32,000 bases of DNA, from assembly GCF_001598795.1 (NCBI RefSeq), contig NZ_BCZP01000012.1, positions 1 to 32,000 of the forward strand. Reading direction: 5' to 3'. Origin of the DNA: Delftia acidovorans NBRC 14950. GTDB taxonomy: Bacteria > Pseudomonadota > Gammaproteobacteria > Burkholderiales > Burkholderiaceae_C. A program made the position numbers and the translations under genes. Each line of letters opens with the position of its first letter. The first letter of the stretch is position 1. Shown here in pieces: positions 19,147-28,267 of the stretch. A model generated the notes under the pieces. It made no database searches and was not told the origin of the DNA. It saw nothing but the letters and a program-made list of their open reading frames with translations.

Positions 19147-21873
19147 TCAATCCGCCAGGGCGCGGGTGACTACCTCACGCACGTCGTTGCTGAGCTCAGC
19201 GCGGGCCGCCACGCGGGCGACGGCCTCGCGTGCGGCCGTGCGGTAGGGCTCGGCCAGCTTGCTCCAGCGGTCCAGGGCGCGCGCCAGGCGGGCGGCGACC
19301 TGGGGGTTGATGGCGTCCAGCTCGATGACGCGCTCGCTCCAGAACACATAGCCCGCCGCGTCGGCGCGGTGGAAGGCGCCTGGGTTGGCGCTGCAGTAGC
19401 TGAAGATCAGGCTGCGCGCGCGGTTGGGGTTCTTGATCTGGAAGTCGGGGTGCTTCATCAGCTGCTTGACGGCCGGCAGCACGTTGCCGCCACGGTCGCA
19501 GGCGCCGCCCTGCAGCGCGAACCACTTGTCCAGGACCAGTGCATCGTGCTGGAACAGCTTGTGAAAGCGTGCCAGCGCCTGGGCGGCCAGCGGGTGGCCG
19601 CTTTGCACCAGTGCCGTCAGGGCGCTCATGCGGTCGGTCATGTTGCCAGCGTCCTTGAAGCGCTGCAGCGCCTTGCCGGGCCAGACGCTGTCGCCCGAGG
19701 CGCGTGCGGCCAGGCACAGCATGGACAGGGCCAGGCCTGCCAGCGCACGGCGGCCGGAGCTGACGGGGGCGGGGCGGTAGGCGCCGGTGTCGCTGTGCTC
19801 TTGCCATGCCTGCTGCCAGTCGGCCTGCAGCTCGGTGGCCAGTTGCTGGCGCATGGCTTCACGCACGGCGTGCACGCGCTGCGGATCGACCACGGCCAGT
19901 TGCTCGGCGATGTAGCTTTCGCCGGGCAGGGCCAGCATCAGCTCCTTGAAGGCCGCATCCAGCTGGGGATGGCGCAGCACGCCGCGCATGGCCTCGACGA
20001 AGGAGGCCGGCAGCAGGGCGGCCGTGATCTGGCCGCTGGCGTCTGCCGTGATGGAGGTGTCGCCAATGGCCTGCAGCGCGATGCGCAGGCCCAGGCGCTG
20101 GCCAGCTTCCCAGCGGTTGAAGGCATCGCTGTCATGGGCCAGCAGGGTCAGCAAGGCGGCATCGCTGTCGCTGTGCTGCAGCACCACGGGGGCGCTGAAG
20201 CCGCGCAGCAGCGAGGGCACGGGCTCCTGGTCCACGTCGGTGAAGACGAAGCTGTGGCTGGGCTCGGACAGCACGAGCAGGCGGCTGTCGCCCGCTGCCG
20301 CCTGATCCTCGCCCTGCAGGCGCAGGGTCAGCGCGCGGCCGTCCTGGCCCAGCAGGCCCATCTGCACGGGGATGACGAAGGGCAGCTTCTCGGCCTGGCC
20401 CGGCGTGGGCGCGCAGCTTTGGCTCAGCGTCAGCGTGTAGGTGCGTGCGGCAGCGTCATAGCTGCCTTCGGCGTGCAGCTGGGGCGTGCCGGCCTGGCTG
20501 TACCAGCGCTTGAACTGGTCCAGGCGCTGGGCCAGCTCGCTGCCAGGGTTGGCGTCGGCCATGGCCTGGGCGAAGTCGTCGCAGGTGACGGCGTGGCCGT
20601 CATGGCGCTCGAAATACAGCTTCATGCCCTTGGCAAAGCCTTCGCGGCCCACCAGGTTGTGCTGCATGCGCACGACCTCGGCACCCTTTTCGTAGATGGT
20701 GACGGTGTAGAAGTTGTTGATCTCGATGTAGCTGTCGGGCCGCACCGGGTGGGCCATGGGGCCCGCATCTTCGGGGAACTGGGCGGTGCGCAGCACGCGC
20801 ACGTCCTCGATGCGCTTGACGGCGCGCGCCGAGGGGCTGCCCGCCATGTCCATGCTGAATTCCTGGTCGCGGAAGACGGTCAGGCCTTCCTTGAGCGACA
20901 GCTGGAACCAGTCGCGGCAGGTGACGCGGTTGCCGGTCCAGTTGTGGAAGTACTCGTGGCCGACGACGGACTCGATGTTGGCGTAGTCGATGTCGGTGGC
21001 CGTGGACTGGCTGGCCAGAACGTACTTGGTATTGAAGACGTTCAGGCCCTTGTTCTCCATGGCGCCCATGTTGAAGTCGCTGGTGGCGACGATCATGAAG
21101 CGGTCCAGGTCCAGGGACAGGCCGAAGCGGGCCTCGTCCCAGGCCACGCTGGCCATGAGGGAGTTCATGGCGTGCTCGGTCTTCTCCAGGTCGCCGGGGC
21201 GCACGAAGACCTGCAGCAGGTGGTCGCGGCCTGCGCGGCTCTTGATCTTTTGCTCGCGCGCAACCAGATTGCCGGCCACCAGGGCGAACAGGTAGCTGGG
21301 CTTTCTGTGCGGATCGGTCCACTTGGCGAAGTGGCGGCCGTCTTCCAGCGCGCCTTGCTCGACCAGGTTGCCGTTGGACAGCAGCACCGGGTACGCGGTC
21401 TTGTCGGCGCGCAGCGTCACGGTGTACATGGCCATCACATCGGGACGGTCCAGGAAATAGGTGATGCGGCGGAAACCCTCGGCCTCGCACTGGGTGAAGA
21501 ACGTGCCCTGGCTCACATACAGGCCCATGAGCTTGGTGTTCTTGGCGGGCGCGCAGGTGGTGAAGATTTCCAGATCGACGGGGTCGCCGCCCTCGGGCAG
21601 GTTCTCCAGCACGAGCTGGTCGCCGTCCATCTTGAACGAGGTGCCGCCGCCGTTGACCAGCACGCGCGCAAGGTTCAGTTCATCGCCGTCCAGGCGCAGC
21701 GGCTGCGCCGGCACCTCGGTGTTGCGGCGCACGCGCATCTTGTTGAGCACGCGGGTCTTGGCCGGATCGAGATCGAAGGTCAGGTCCACGGTGTCGATCC
21801 ACCAGGCAGGAGCCTGGTAGTCGGCGCGGTGGATGGCGGTGGCAGGGGCCTGCCCGTCACGCAGTTGCAGCAT
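19147..21873 (-). CDS. pepN: Aminopeptidase N (M1 family)
   Basis: 908 aa. Carries the GAMEN exopeptidase motif (NMGAMENKGLNVF) and the zinc motif HEYFHNWTGNRVTCRDWFQLSLKEG (HExxH-18-E). Confidence 0.95.
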   Translation of the reverse strand: MLQLRDGQAPATAIHRADYQAPAWWIDTVDLTFDLDPAKTRVLNKMRVRRNTEVPAQPLRLDGDELNLARVLVNGGGTSFKMDGDQLVLENLPEGGDPVDLEIFTTCAPAKNTKLMGLYVSQGTFFTQCEAEGFRRITYFLDRPDVMAMYTVTLRADKTAYPVLLSNGNLVEQGALEDGRHFAKWTDPHRKPSYLFALVAGNLVAREQKIKSRAGRDHLLQVFVRPGDLEKTEHAMNSLMASVAWDEARFGLSLDLDRFMIVATSDFNMGAMENKGLNVFNTKYVLASQSTATDIDYANIESVVGHEYFHNWTGNRVTCRDWFQLSLKEGLTVFRDQEFSMDMAGSPSARAVKRIEDVRVLRTAQFPEDAGPMAHPVRPDSYIEINNFYTVTIYEKGAEVVRMQHNLVGREGFAKGMKLYFERHDGHAVTCDDFAQAMADANPGSELAQRLDQFKRWYSQAGTPQLHAEGSYDAAARTYTLTLSQSCAPTPGQAEKLPFVIPVQMGLLGQDGRALTLRLQGEDQAAAGDSRLLVLSEPSHSFVFTDVDQEPVPSLLRGFSAPVVLQHSDSDAALLTLLAHDSDAFNRWEAGQRLGLRIALQAIGDTSITADASGQITAALLPASFVEAMRGVLRHPQLDAAFKELMLALPGESYIAEQLAVVDPQRVHAVREAMRQQLATELQADWQQAWQEHSDTGAYRPAPVSSGRRALAGLALSMLCLAARASGDSVWPGKALQRFKDAGNMTDRMSALTALVQSGHPLAAQALARFHKLFQHDALVLDKWFALQGGACDRGGNVLPAVKQLMKHPDFQIKNPNRARSLIFSYCSANPGAFHRADAAGYVFWSERVIELDAINPQVAARLARALDRWSKLAEPYRTAAREAVARVAARAELSNDVREVVTRALAD

Positions 21874-21909
21874 ACAGATTCCTTCCTATGCCAATATCAG
21901 GGGACAGAG

Positions 21910-21949
21910 TTCAAGCCCCTGTGCGGCCGGTGCCGCCCAGGGGCTTGAA
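21910..21949. repeat. Perfect 12-bp inverted repeat (stem-loop) between the prfB stop and the pepN start
   Basis: TTCAAGCCCCTG (21910-21921) pairs with CAGGGGCTTGAA (21938-21949). The 16-nt spacer contains a further GCGGC/GCCGC pair. No T-run on the transcribed (minus) strand. Confidence 0.6.
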
Positions 21950-21950
21950 A

Positions 21951-23055
21951 TCAGAGGCCTTGCTTGAGCGAGGCTTCGATGAAAGCGTCGAGGTCGCCGT
22001 CCAGTACCTTCTGGGTGGCCGAGATTTCGACGTTGGTGCGCAAATCCTTGATGCGGCTGTTGTCCAGCACGTACGAGCGGATCTGGTGGCCCCAGCCCAC
22101 ATCGGTCTTGGTGTCCTCCAGCTTTTGCTGCTCCACCATGCGCTTTTGCATCTCGTGCTCATAGAGCTTGGAGCGCAGGCGCTGCCAGGCCACGTCGCGG
22201 TTGCTGTGCTGGCTGCGGCCGTCCTGGCATTGCACGACGATGCCGGTGGGCATGTGCGTCAGGCGCACGGCCGAGTCGGTCTTGTTGATGTGCTGGCCGC
22301 CCGCGCCCGAAGCGCGGTAGGTGTCGGTGCGCACGTCCGAGGGGTTGATCTCGATCTGGATCGAGTCGTCGATCTCGGGGTAGACGAACAGCGAGGCAAA
22401 GCTGGTGTGGCGGCCGCCCGAGCTGTCGAAGGGCGACTTGCGCACCAGGCGGTGCACGCCGGTTTCGGTGCGCAGCAGGCCGTAGGCGTACTCGCCTTCG
22501 ATGTGGATGGTCGCGCTCTTGATGCCGGCGATGTCGCCCGGCGTCTCTTCCTCGACCGTGGCCTTGAAGCCCTTGCGCTCGGCGTACTTCAGGTACTGGC
22601 GCAGCAGCATGCCGGCCCAGTCGCAGGCTTCGGTGCCGCCGGCGCCGGCCTGGATGTCCACGAAGCAGTTCAGCGGATCGGCTTCCTTGCCGAACATGCG
22701 GCGGAACTCCAGCTCCTCGATCAGCGGCTGCAGCTTGGCGGTCTCGCCCTCGATGGTGAGCAGGCCGGTCTCATCGCCTTCTTCCTTGCTCATCTCGAAC
22801 AGCTCGGCGTTGTCGGCCAGCTCGGTGGTGAGCTTTTGCAGCGTCAGCACGACGCCGTCGAGCAGCTTCTTTTCCTTGCCCAGTTCCTGGGCCTTCTTGG
22901 GGTCGTTCCAGACGCTGGGATCTTCCAGCGAGGCATTTACCGTGCGCAGTCGTTCGTACTTTGCATCGTAGTCAAAGATACCTCCGTAGATCTGCCGCAC
23001 GCTGCGACAGATCTTCGAGGGTGTTGCCGATGAGGTTGATGCGTTCTGCTTCCAT
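21951..23055 (-). CDS. prfB: Peptide chain release factor 2, expressed via programmed +1 frameshift (frame 0: 23055..22975; +1 frame: 22973..21951)
   Basis: ATG 23055 gives [27 protein letters not shown], then in-frame TGA. The +1 frame continues [22 protein letters not shown]... with SPF (RKSPFDS) and GGQ ([11 protein letters not shown]) motifs. The 431-aa track ORF is the +1 frame with a spurious N-terminal extension. Confidence 0.95.
22971..22985 (-). promoter_or_regulatory. RF2 autoregulatory +1 frameshift site GGAGG TAT CTT TGA C
   Basis: The minus strand reads GGAGGTATCTTTGAC. This is an internal Shine-Dalgarno-like GGAGG, 3 nt, then CTT-TGA-C, in the same arrangement as the E. coli prfB site. 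Confidence 0.9.
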
Positions 23056-23292
23056 GATGTGTTCCGTTCTTCTGATGAATGTGTTCTTGGCCGAATCGCC
23101 GATTTTCTCATGCTGGGGCATCGTGCCGGGGCAAGCGCCCGCCGCGCGGGTCCGGAGGCGCGCTGCCGTGTGACGATGGCTTTCAAAACAAGGGCTTGCA
23201 GCGGCCGATCATGGCAGATTTGAAGGGCTTGGCCATGGCAATGCACAGGTTGCAGCGTGGACCCTGGCGTGATCTGGCTGCAGACCTCCCGG

Positions 23293-23326
23293 AAAAAAGG
23301 CCCGGCCAGCAGGAGCTGGTCGGGCC
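23293..23326 (-). terminator. Rho-independent terminator of the MCP gene
   Basis: The minus strand reads GGCCCGACCAGC-TCCT-GCTGGCCGGGCC followed by TTTTTT (plus-strand A-run 23293-23298). Lies about 45 nt after the stop. Confidence 0.8.
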
Positions 23327-23370
23327 TTGGCAGGCATGTCCGCCCCCGGCGGGGCGGGCGAAAACCTGGT

Positions 23371-25230
23371 TCAGAAGGTTTCCCAATCGTCGTCGGAAGC
23401 CGTGCTGGCCGCTTTGGCCTTGGCTTTGGCCGATGCCGTCACGGCAGGCCGGGCCGGCTGTGCTGGCTGGGCCGGGCGCGCGGCGCCTGCCGGAGCAGGG
23501 GGTGCACCGGCCGCACCGGTCGCACCGGTTGCAGAAGGCAGGGCGGCCGAAGCACGTGCGGGCACCGCGCGTTTGGGAGCGGAAGGTGCCAGATGCGGAC
23601 GGGGCGCCGTCGGCGCGTGGCGGGGCGCTGCCACGGCGGCAGCGTGGTTGACGCCACGGCTGTTGCCCAGCATGCCGGTGGACGGCGAGAGCTTGAACAC
23701 GCTGACCACTTCGGCCAGCGCCTTGGCCTGGGCCTGCAGTGCGCCGGTGGCCGCCGCCGATTCCTCCACCAGTGCGGCGTTCTGCTGGGTCATCTGGTCC
23801 ATCTGCGTGACGGCCTGGTTGACCTGCTCGATACCGGCCGTCTGCTCATGGCTGGCGGCCGAGATCTCGCCCATGATGTCGGTCACGCGGCGCACGCTGG
23901 CCACGATCTCTTCCATGGTCTTGCCGGCCGAGTCGACCTGGGCGCTGCCTTCCTCGACCTTGCCCACCGAGTCGTCGATGAGCTGCTTGATCTCCTTGGC
24001 GGCGGCGGCCGAGCGCTGGGCCAGGGTGCGCACTTCCGAGGCGACGACGGCAAAGCCGCGTCCCTGGTCACCGGCGCGGGCCGCTTCCACGGCCGCATTC
24101 AGCGCCAGGATGTTGGTCTGGAAGGCGATGGAGTCGATGACGCCGATGATGTCCACGATCTTGCGCGAGGCATCGTTGATGGCGGACATGGTCTGCACCA
24201 CCTGGGCCACGGCCGAGCCGCCGCGCACGGCGACCTGGGAGGCGGCGGCGGCCAGCTGGTTGGCCTGCTGGGCGTTGGCGCCGTTTTGCTTGACGGTGGA
24301 GGTCAGCTCCTCCATGGAGGCGGCGGTCTGCTCCAGCGAGCTGGCCTGTTCCTCGGTGCGGGCCGACAGGTCCTGGTTGCCCGATGCGATCTGGCCGCTG
24401 GCCGTGGCGATGGAGTCCGTGCCCTGGCGCACCTGGCCGACGATGCGCTGCAGGCTCTCGTTCATGTGCTGCAGGGCCTGCAGCAGCTGGCCGGTCTCGT
24501 CCTTGCCATGCACCTCGATGCGGCTGCCCAGGTCGCCGGCGGCCACGGCCTGTGCCAGGCTCACGGCCTGCTGCAGGGGGCGTGCCACGCTGCGGGCGAT
24601 CAGCAGCGCCATGCCCAGGCCGAAGAGGACGGCCCCCGCCAGCAGGGCGATCACCCACCAGCGCGCGGCGGTGAAGATGTCGTCGCCTGCCTGGTTGGCA
24701 TCCTCGATGCCCTGGGCGTTGATCTTGAGCAGTTCGTCCAGCTTGGCGTTGATGGCACGGCTGGTCTTGACCGAATCGCCGCGCAGCACCTCGGACGCCT
24801 CGTCGGTGCGCAGGGCGTGGGACAGGTCCACGATCTTTGCCGTGTGCTGCGCGTACTGGCCCAGGTCGTCCTTGATGCCGGCCATCAGCTCGCGCTCACG
24901 CGCGGTGTTGGCATAGCGCTCGAAGGCCTGCTGGTTCTTGAGCAGCTCGGACCACAGCGCCGGCATGCTCTTGTCGTAGATGGCCATTTCATCCATCGAG
25001 GTGGCCAGCACATGCTGCATGGTCTGCGAGCGGTAGCGCTGCAGCTGGTAGCGCATCTCCATGATCACGCGCTCGGCGGGCATCCAGTGGTGCGCCAGAT
25101 CGGTGGCCGTGCGGTTGACACGGTCCAGCTGGACCACGGAGAACAGGCCCAGGCCGGCGGTCAGCAGCAGCAGGGCGATGAAAGAGGCCAGCAGCTTGTG
25201 GGCCAGCTTCAGATTGCGGAAAAACATCAT
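23371..25230 (-). CDS. Methyl-accepting chemotaxis protein (4-helix-bundle sensor, HAMP, signalling domain, C-terminal DWETF pentapeptide)
   Basis: 619 aa from ATGATG at 25230. N-terminal [33 protein letters not shown] and a second TMD before HAMP. Invariant signalling hairpin [41 protein letters not shown]. The C-terminus ends ...SDDDWETF. Confidence 0.9.
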   Translation of the reverse strand: MMFFRNLKLAHKLLASFIALLLLTAGLGLFSVVQLDRVNRTATDLAHHWMPAERVIMEMRYQLQRYRSQTMQHVLATSMDEMAIYDKSMPALWSELLKNQQAFERYANTARERELMAGIKDDLGQYAQHTAKIVDLSHALRTDEASEVLRGDSVKTSRAINAKLDELLKINAQGIEDANQAGDDIFTAARWWVIALLAGAVLFGLGMALLIARSVARPLQQAVSLAQAVAAGDLGSRIEVHGKDETGQLLQALQHMNESLQRIVGQVRQGTDSIATASGQIASGNQDLSARTEEQASSLEQTAASMEELTSTVKQNGANAQQANQLAAAASQVAVRGGSAVAQVVQTMSAINDASRKIVDIIGVIDSIAFQTNILALNAAVEAARAGDQGRGFAVVASEVRTLAQRSAAAAKEIKQLIDDSVGKVEEGSAQVDSAGKTMEEIVASVRRVTDIMGEISAASHEQTAGIEQVNQAVTQMDQMTQQNAALVEESAAATGALQAQAKALAEVVSVFKLSPSTGMLGNSRGVNHAAAVAAPRHAPTAPRPHLAPSAPKRAVPARASAALPSATGATGAAGAPPAPAGAARPAQPAQPARPAVTASAKAKAKAASTASDDDWETF

Positions 25231-25352
25231 GGTGGGGAGTGCCGTACGGCGAGAAGCGAAAGCGGGTGAGCGGCGGTGGCTGCGAATCGAGGGGATGCGG
25301 TGGCGATCGGTGGCGATCAGCGGGGCCGACACTCGGCCCCGCCATGCCGCAG

Positions 25353-25380
25353 TTATCGGTCACTTGCCGGCGAGGCTTAG
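25353..25380 (-). promoter_or_regulatory. Sigma-28 (FliA)-like promoter upstream of the MCP gene
   Basis: The minus strand reads CTAAG-N15-ACCGATAA, against the remembered consensus TAAA-N15-GCCGATAA. Lies about 120 nt upstream of the chosen ATG. Confidence 0.45.
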
Positions 25381-25460
25381 GGAAAAATAGGTCCAGTCCG
25401 AATATTTATTGCGGATTGTTACTTTTGCCGGCCAAGGTCTCCGCGCACATGGCCTGGTCC

Positions 25461-25508
25461 GTTCACATGCCAGTTCACACGTCCGCTCACACGTCCGTCG
25501 CCACGCCG
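25461..25508. repeat. Tandem 12-nt repeat, 3 good copies plus 1 degenerate, straddling the stop of the GGDEF-EAL gene
   Basis: GTTCACATGCCA / GTTCACACGTCC / GCTCACACGTCC / GTCGCCACGCCG. On the coding (minus) strand this gives three in-frame TGA codons spaced 4 codons apart. Confidence 0.7.
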
Positions 25509-28075
25509 GCTTGCAGGCTCGATGCCTGCAGCCACCGCTCCAGATCCGCTGCCGGCAGCGGGCGCGAGAACAGATAGCCCTGCGCGACCGGATAGCCCTG
25601 TTCGCGCAGGATGGTGTTCTGCGCAGCCGTCTCCACTCCCTCGGCCACCACGGTCAGGTGCAGGCTGCGGCCTATGCCCAGGATGGCGTTGCTCAGGGCC
25701 TGGGCGGCTTCGTCGTTTTCCAGGTCGGCCACGAAGCTGCGGTCCAGCTTGAGCTCGCTGACGGGCAGGCGGCGCAGGTAGCTGAGGCTGGAGTAGCCCG
25801 TGCCGAAGTCGTCCATGGACACGCGCACGCCCTGGGAATGCACGGCCTGCAGCGTGCGCATGGTGCCCGGGTTGGTGTCCAGCAGCAGGCTTTCGGTGAT
25901 CTCCAGCGTGAGGTCCTGCGGCTTGAGCGCGTTGTGCTCCAGCGTGTCGGCAATCATGCGCGGCAGGTCCAGGTTGTGAAAGCTGGTGGGCGAGAGGTTG
26001 ACCGACATGGCCGGCACGTCAATGCCCCGGCTGCGCCACTCGCCCAGCTGGCGGCAGGCCTCGCGCAGTGCCCAGGTGCCCAGCTCGCCGATCAGGCCGC
26101 ATTCCTCGGCCAGCGGAATGAAGCGTGCGGGCGAGATCTCGCCGAATTCCGCATGGCTCCAGCGCGCCAGGGCCTCCACGCCGTAGAGGCGCCCGTCCTT
26201 CAGGTCGAGCTGGGGCTGGTAGTGCAGTCGCAGGCCGCCGCTGCGCAGGGCGTCGCGCAGCGCCGTCTCCAGCACCAGCCGCTCCTGCGCCAGGCGGTTC
26301 ATCTCGGGGCTGAAGAAGCTGTAGAGCCCGCGCCCGCCCGATTTGGCCTGGTACATGGCCATGTCGGCGCGGTGCAGCAGGGTCTCCATGTCGCGCCCGT
26401 CGGCGGGAAACACGGCAATGCCGCAACTGGCCGTGCTGGCCAGGGACACGTCGTCGATCATGCAGGGCTCGCCAAGTGCCGACTGCAGCCGCTCGATCAC
26501 CTCGGCCGCCTGCGCACCGCCGCAGTGTGGCAGCACGATGACGAATTCATCGCCCGACAGGCGCCCGGCAATGTCGCCCGTGCGCAGCTCCGCCTGGATG
26601 CGCTGGGCCACGCTGCACAGCAGCCTGTCGCCGGCCGGGTGGCCCAGCGAGTCGTTGACCTGCTTGAAACGGTCCAGGTCGATGAAGACCACGGCCAGCT
26701 CGTGGCCCTCGTGCGAAGCCACGGACAGCGCCTGCTCGGCCTGGGCCAGCAGCAGGCTGCGGTTGGGCAGGGTGGTCAGCCCGTCGTAGAAGGCCAGCTG
26801 CCGGATGCGGCGGCGTGCCTGCTCGCGCTCCAGCGCCAGCGCGCACAGGTCGGTGCAGGCCTCCACCAGCCGCTGGTGGAAGGGATCGGGGCCGGGCCGG
26901 TCGAAATGGCGGTAGTAGAAGGCAAAGGTGCCGGCCACGCCGCCCTGCAGCCCGCAGATGGGCGTGGACCAGCAGGCCGTATACCCCAGCGGCAGGATGA
27001 GCTGCTTGAATTCAGCCCACAGCGGGTCGGTGGCGATGTCACGCACCAGCACGGGCCGGTTGTGGAAGGCGGCCGTGCCGCAGGAGCCGATATTGGGGCC
27101 GATGGGCACGCCGTCCAGCGCCGCCGAATAGGAGGCCGGCAGGCTGGGCGCGGCCAGCGGGCGCAGGCGGTTCTGGTCATCGACTTCCAGCACCGAGACC
27201 GCAATGTCGGGCGCAATGCGCTCGACCTCGCGGCACACCAGGTCCAGCACCTCGGTCAGCGGCTGGTCGCGGGCCATGGCCTCCAGGGCGCGCCGCTGCA
27301 GCACCTCGTGCATCTTGGCCTCGGTGATGTCGGTGATCACGGTCACCGTGGTGTGGAGGCGGCCATCGGGGCCCATGACGGGATTGGCCTGGGCGCTGAC
27401 CCAATACCGCTCGCCGTCCTTGCCGACGAGGATCTCCTCGCGGTACACCGGCTTGCCTGCGTCCAGTTCGGCGCGGTAGGCGGCCGTGAATTCGGGCGAG
27501 GCATGGGGCACCAGCAGGGCGATGGGCGCACGGCCCACGACCTCTTCGCTGCTCCAGCCGAACATGCGGGTGAAGCCTGCGTTGACATAGGAGATGGTCC
27601 AGTTGCCGTCGGCGATCACCACGGCCGCGTCGGTGGCATCGGCCACCAGGGACAGGCGCCGCAAATGCTCCTGCCGTCTGCGGTCGGCCTGCACCCGGGC
27701 CGTGATGTCGGTGGCAATGCACAGCACATGGCTGAGCGCGCCCTGGGTATCCAGCACGGGGGCATAGGTGGCCTCCAGCCAGCAGGTGCTGCCGTCGCGG
27801 CGCCGGTGTTCGCCCACGCGCGAAATCGTCTCGCCCCCGCCCCAGCGCTGGCGCCACCGGCCGTAGGCGTCGGGATCGGCATGTGCCTGGGTGCACAGGT
27901 CACTGTGCAGCAGGCCCTCGGCGCCCGAGGTGGAGTAGCCAAGAATGGCTTCGTAATTGGCGTTGGCGCGCATCAGCCGGCCTTCGGGCGTGAACTCCGC
28001 CAGCGCCATGGCCTTGTCCAGCGTGCTCCACAGCGCCTGCTGCCCTGCCGTGCCTGCTACCCGCGTTTCGAACAT
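25487..28075 (-). CDS. PAS-PAS-GAF-GGDEF-EAL signalling protein (c-di-GMP cyclase/phosphodiesterase)
   Basis: 862 aa from ATG 28075 (AGGAGA 7 nt upstream). Two PAS-like segments and a GAF-like segment. The GGDEF domain has the variant SGDEF and an RTGD I-site; the EAL domain carries GVEALARW, DDFGTGYSSLSYL, ELKLDRSF and VAEGVET. Confidence 0.9.
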   Translation of the reverse strand: MFETRVAGTAGQQALWSTLDKAMALAEFTPEGRLMRANANYEAILGYSTSGAEGLLHSDLCTQAHADPDAYGRWRQRWGGGETISRVGEHRRRDGSTCWLEATYAPVLDTQGALSHVLCIATDITARVQADRRRQEHLRRLSLVADATDAAVVIADGNWTISYVNAGFTRMFGWSSEEVVGRAPIALLVPHASPEFTAAYRAELDAGKPVYREEILVGKDGERYWVSAQANPVMGPDGRLHTTVTVITDITEAKMHEVLQRRALEAMARDQPLTEVLDLVCREVERIAPDIAVSVLEVDDQNRLRPLAAPSLPASYSAALDGVPIGPNIGSCGTAAFHNRPVLVRDIATDPLWAEFKQLILPLGYTACWSTPICGLQGGVAGTFAFYYRHFDRPGPDPFHQRLVEACTDLCALALEREQARRRIRQLAFYDGLTTLPNRSLLLAQAEQALSVASHEGHELAVVFIDLDRFKQVNDSLGHPAGDRLLCSVAQRIQAELRTGDIAGRLSGDEFVIVLPHCGGAQAAEVIERLQSALGEPCMIDDVSLASTASCGIAVFPADGRDMETLLHRADMAMYQAKSGGRGLYSFFSPEMNRLAQERLVLETALRDALRSGGLRLHYQPQLDLKDGRLYGVEALARWSHAEFGEISPARFIPLAEECGLIGELGTWALREACRQLGEWRSRGIDVPAMSVNLSPTSFHNLDLPRMIADTLEHNALKPQDLTLEITESLLLDTNPGTMRTLQAVHSQGVRVSMDDFGTGYSSLSYLRRLPVSELKLDRSFVADLENDEAAQALSNAILGIGRSLHLTVVAEGVETAAQNTILREQGYPVAQGYLFSRPLPAADLERWLQASSLQAGVATDV

Positions 28076-28238
28076 GGTTCGCTCTCCTGATGGATGCTGA
28101 GCTGATGATTGATTGTTTCTAAATGATACCGATCCGGCGCAGCAGCTGGATGTCAGCCACACCTGATCGCACTTGCTTCCACTGTTCGCCCTTGGATGGT
28201 CCGCCTGATGGCACTCTTAGGCAAGTGCTTCCGCTGGT

Positions 28239-28266
28239 TACAATGATTTGAGAATGATTCTTGTTT
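28239..28266 (+). promoter_or_regulatory. Putative Fur box upstream of the ECF sigma factor gene
   Basis: TTACAATGATTTGAGAATGATTCTTGTT contains two AATGAT(T) hexamers. GAGAATGATTCTTGTT matches the remembered GATAATGATAATCATT at 11 of 16 positions. The context is an iron-uptake FecIRA-type cluster. Confidence 0.45.
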
Positions 28267-28267
28267 G

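Noticed and set aside
19369-21948. 859-aa plus-strand ORF opposite pepN (similar cases: 17953-18963 opposite fbp, 21888-23033 opposite prfB)
   Set aside because: These are antisense shadow frames of confidently identified genes in GC-rich DNA. The translations are Gly/Ala/Val/Arg-rich with no recognisable domains.
23056-23246. N-terminal 64-aa extension of the 431-aa ORF covering prfB
   Set aside because: This is the +1 frame read upstream of the frameshift site. RF2 homology starts only after the CTT-TGA-C site, and the true N-terminus is in frame 0 from ATG 23055.
23257-25269. 670-aa and 529-aa plus-strand ORFs opposite the MCP gene, and the 893-aa ORF 25409-28090 opposite the GGDEF-EAL gene
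   Set aside because: Shadow ORFs. The minus-strand products carry unambiguous MCP and GGDEF/EAL motifs.
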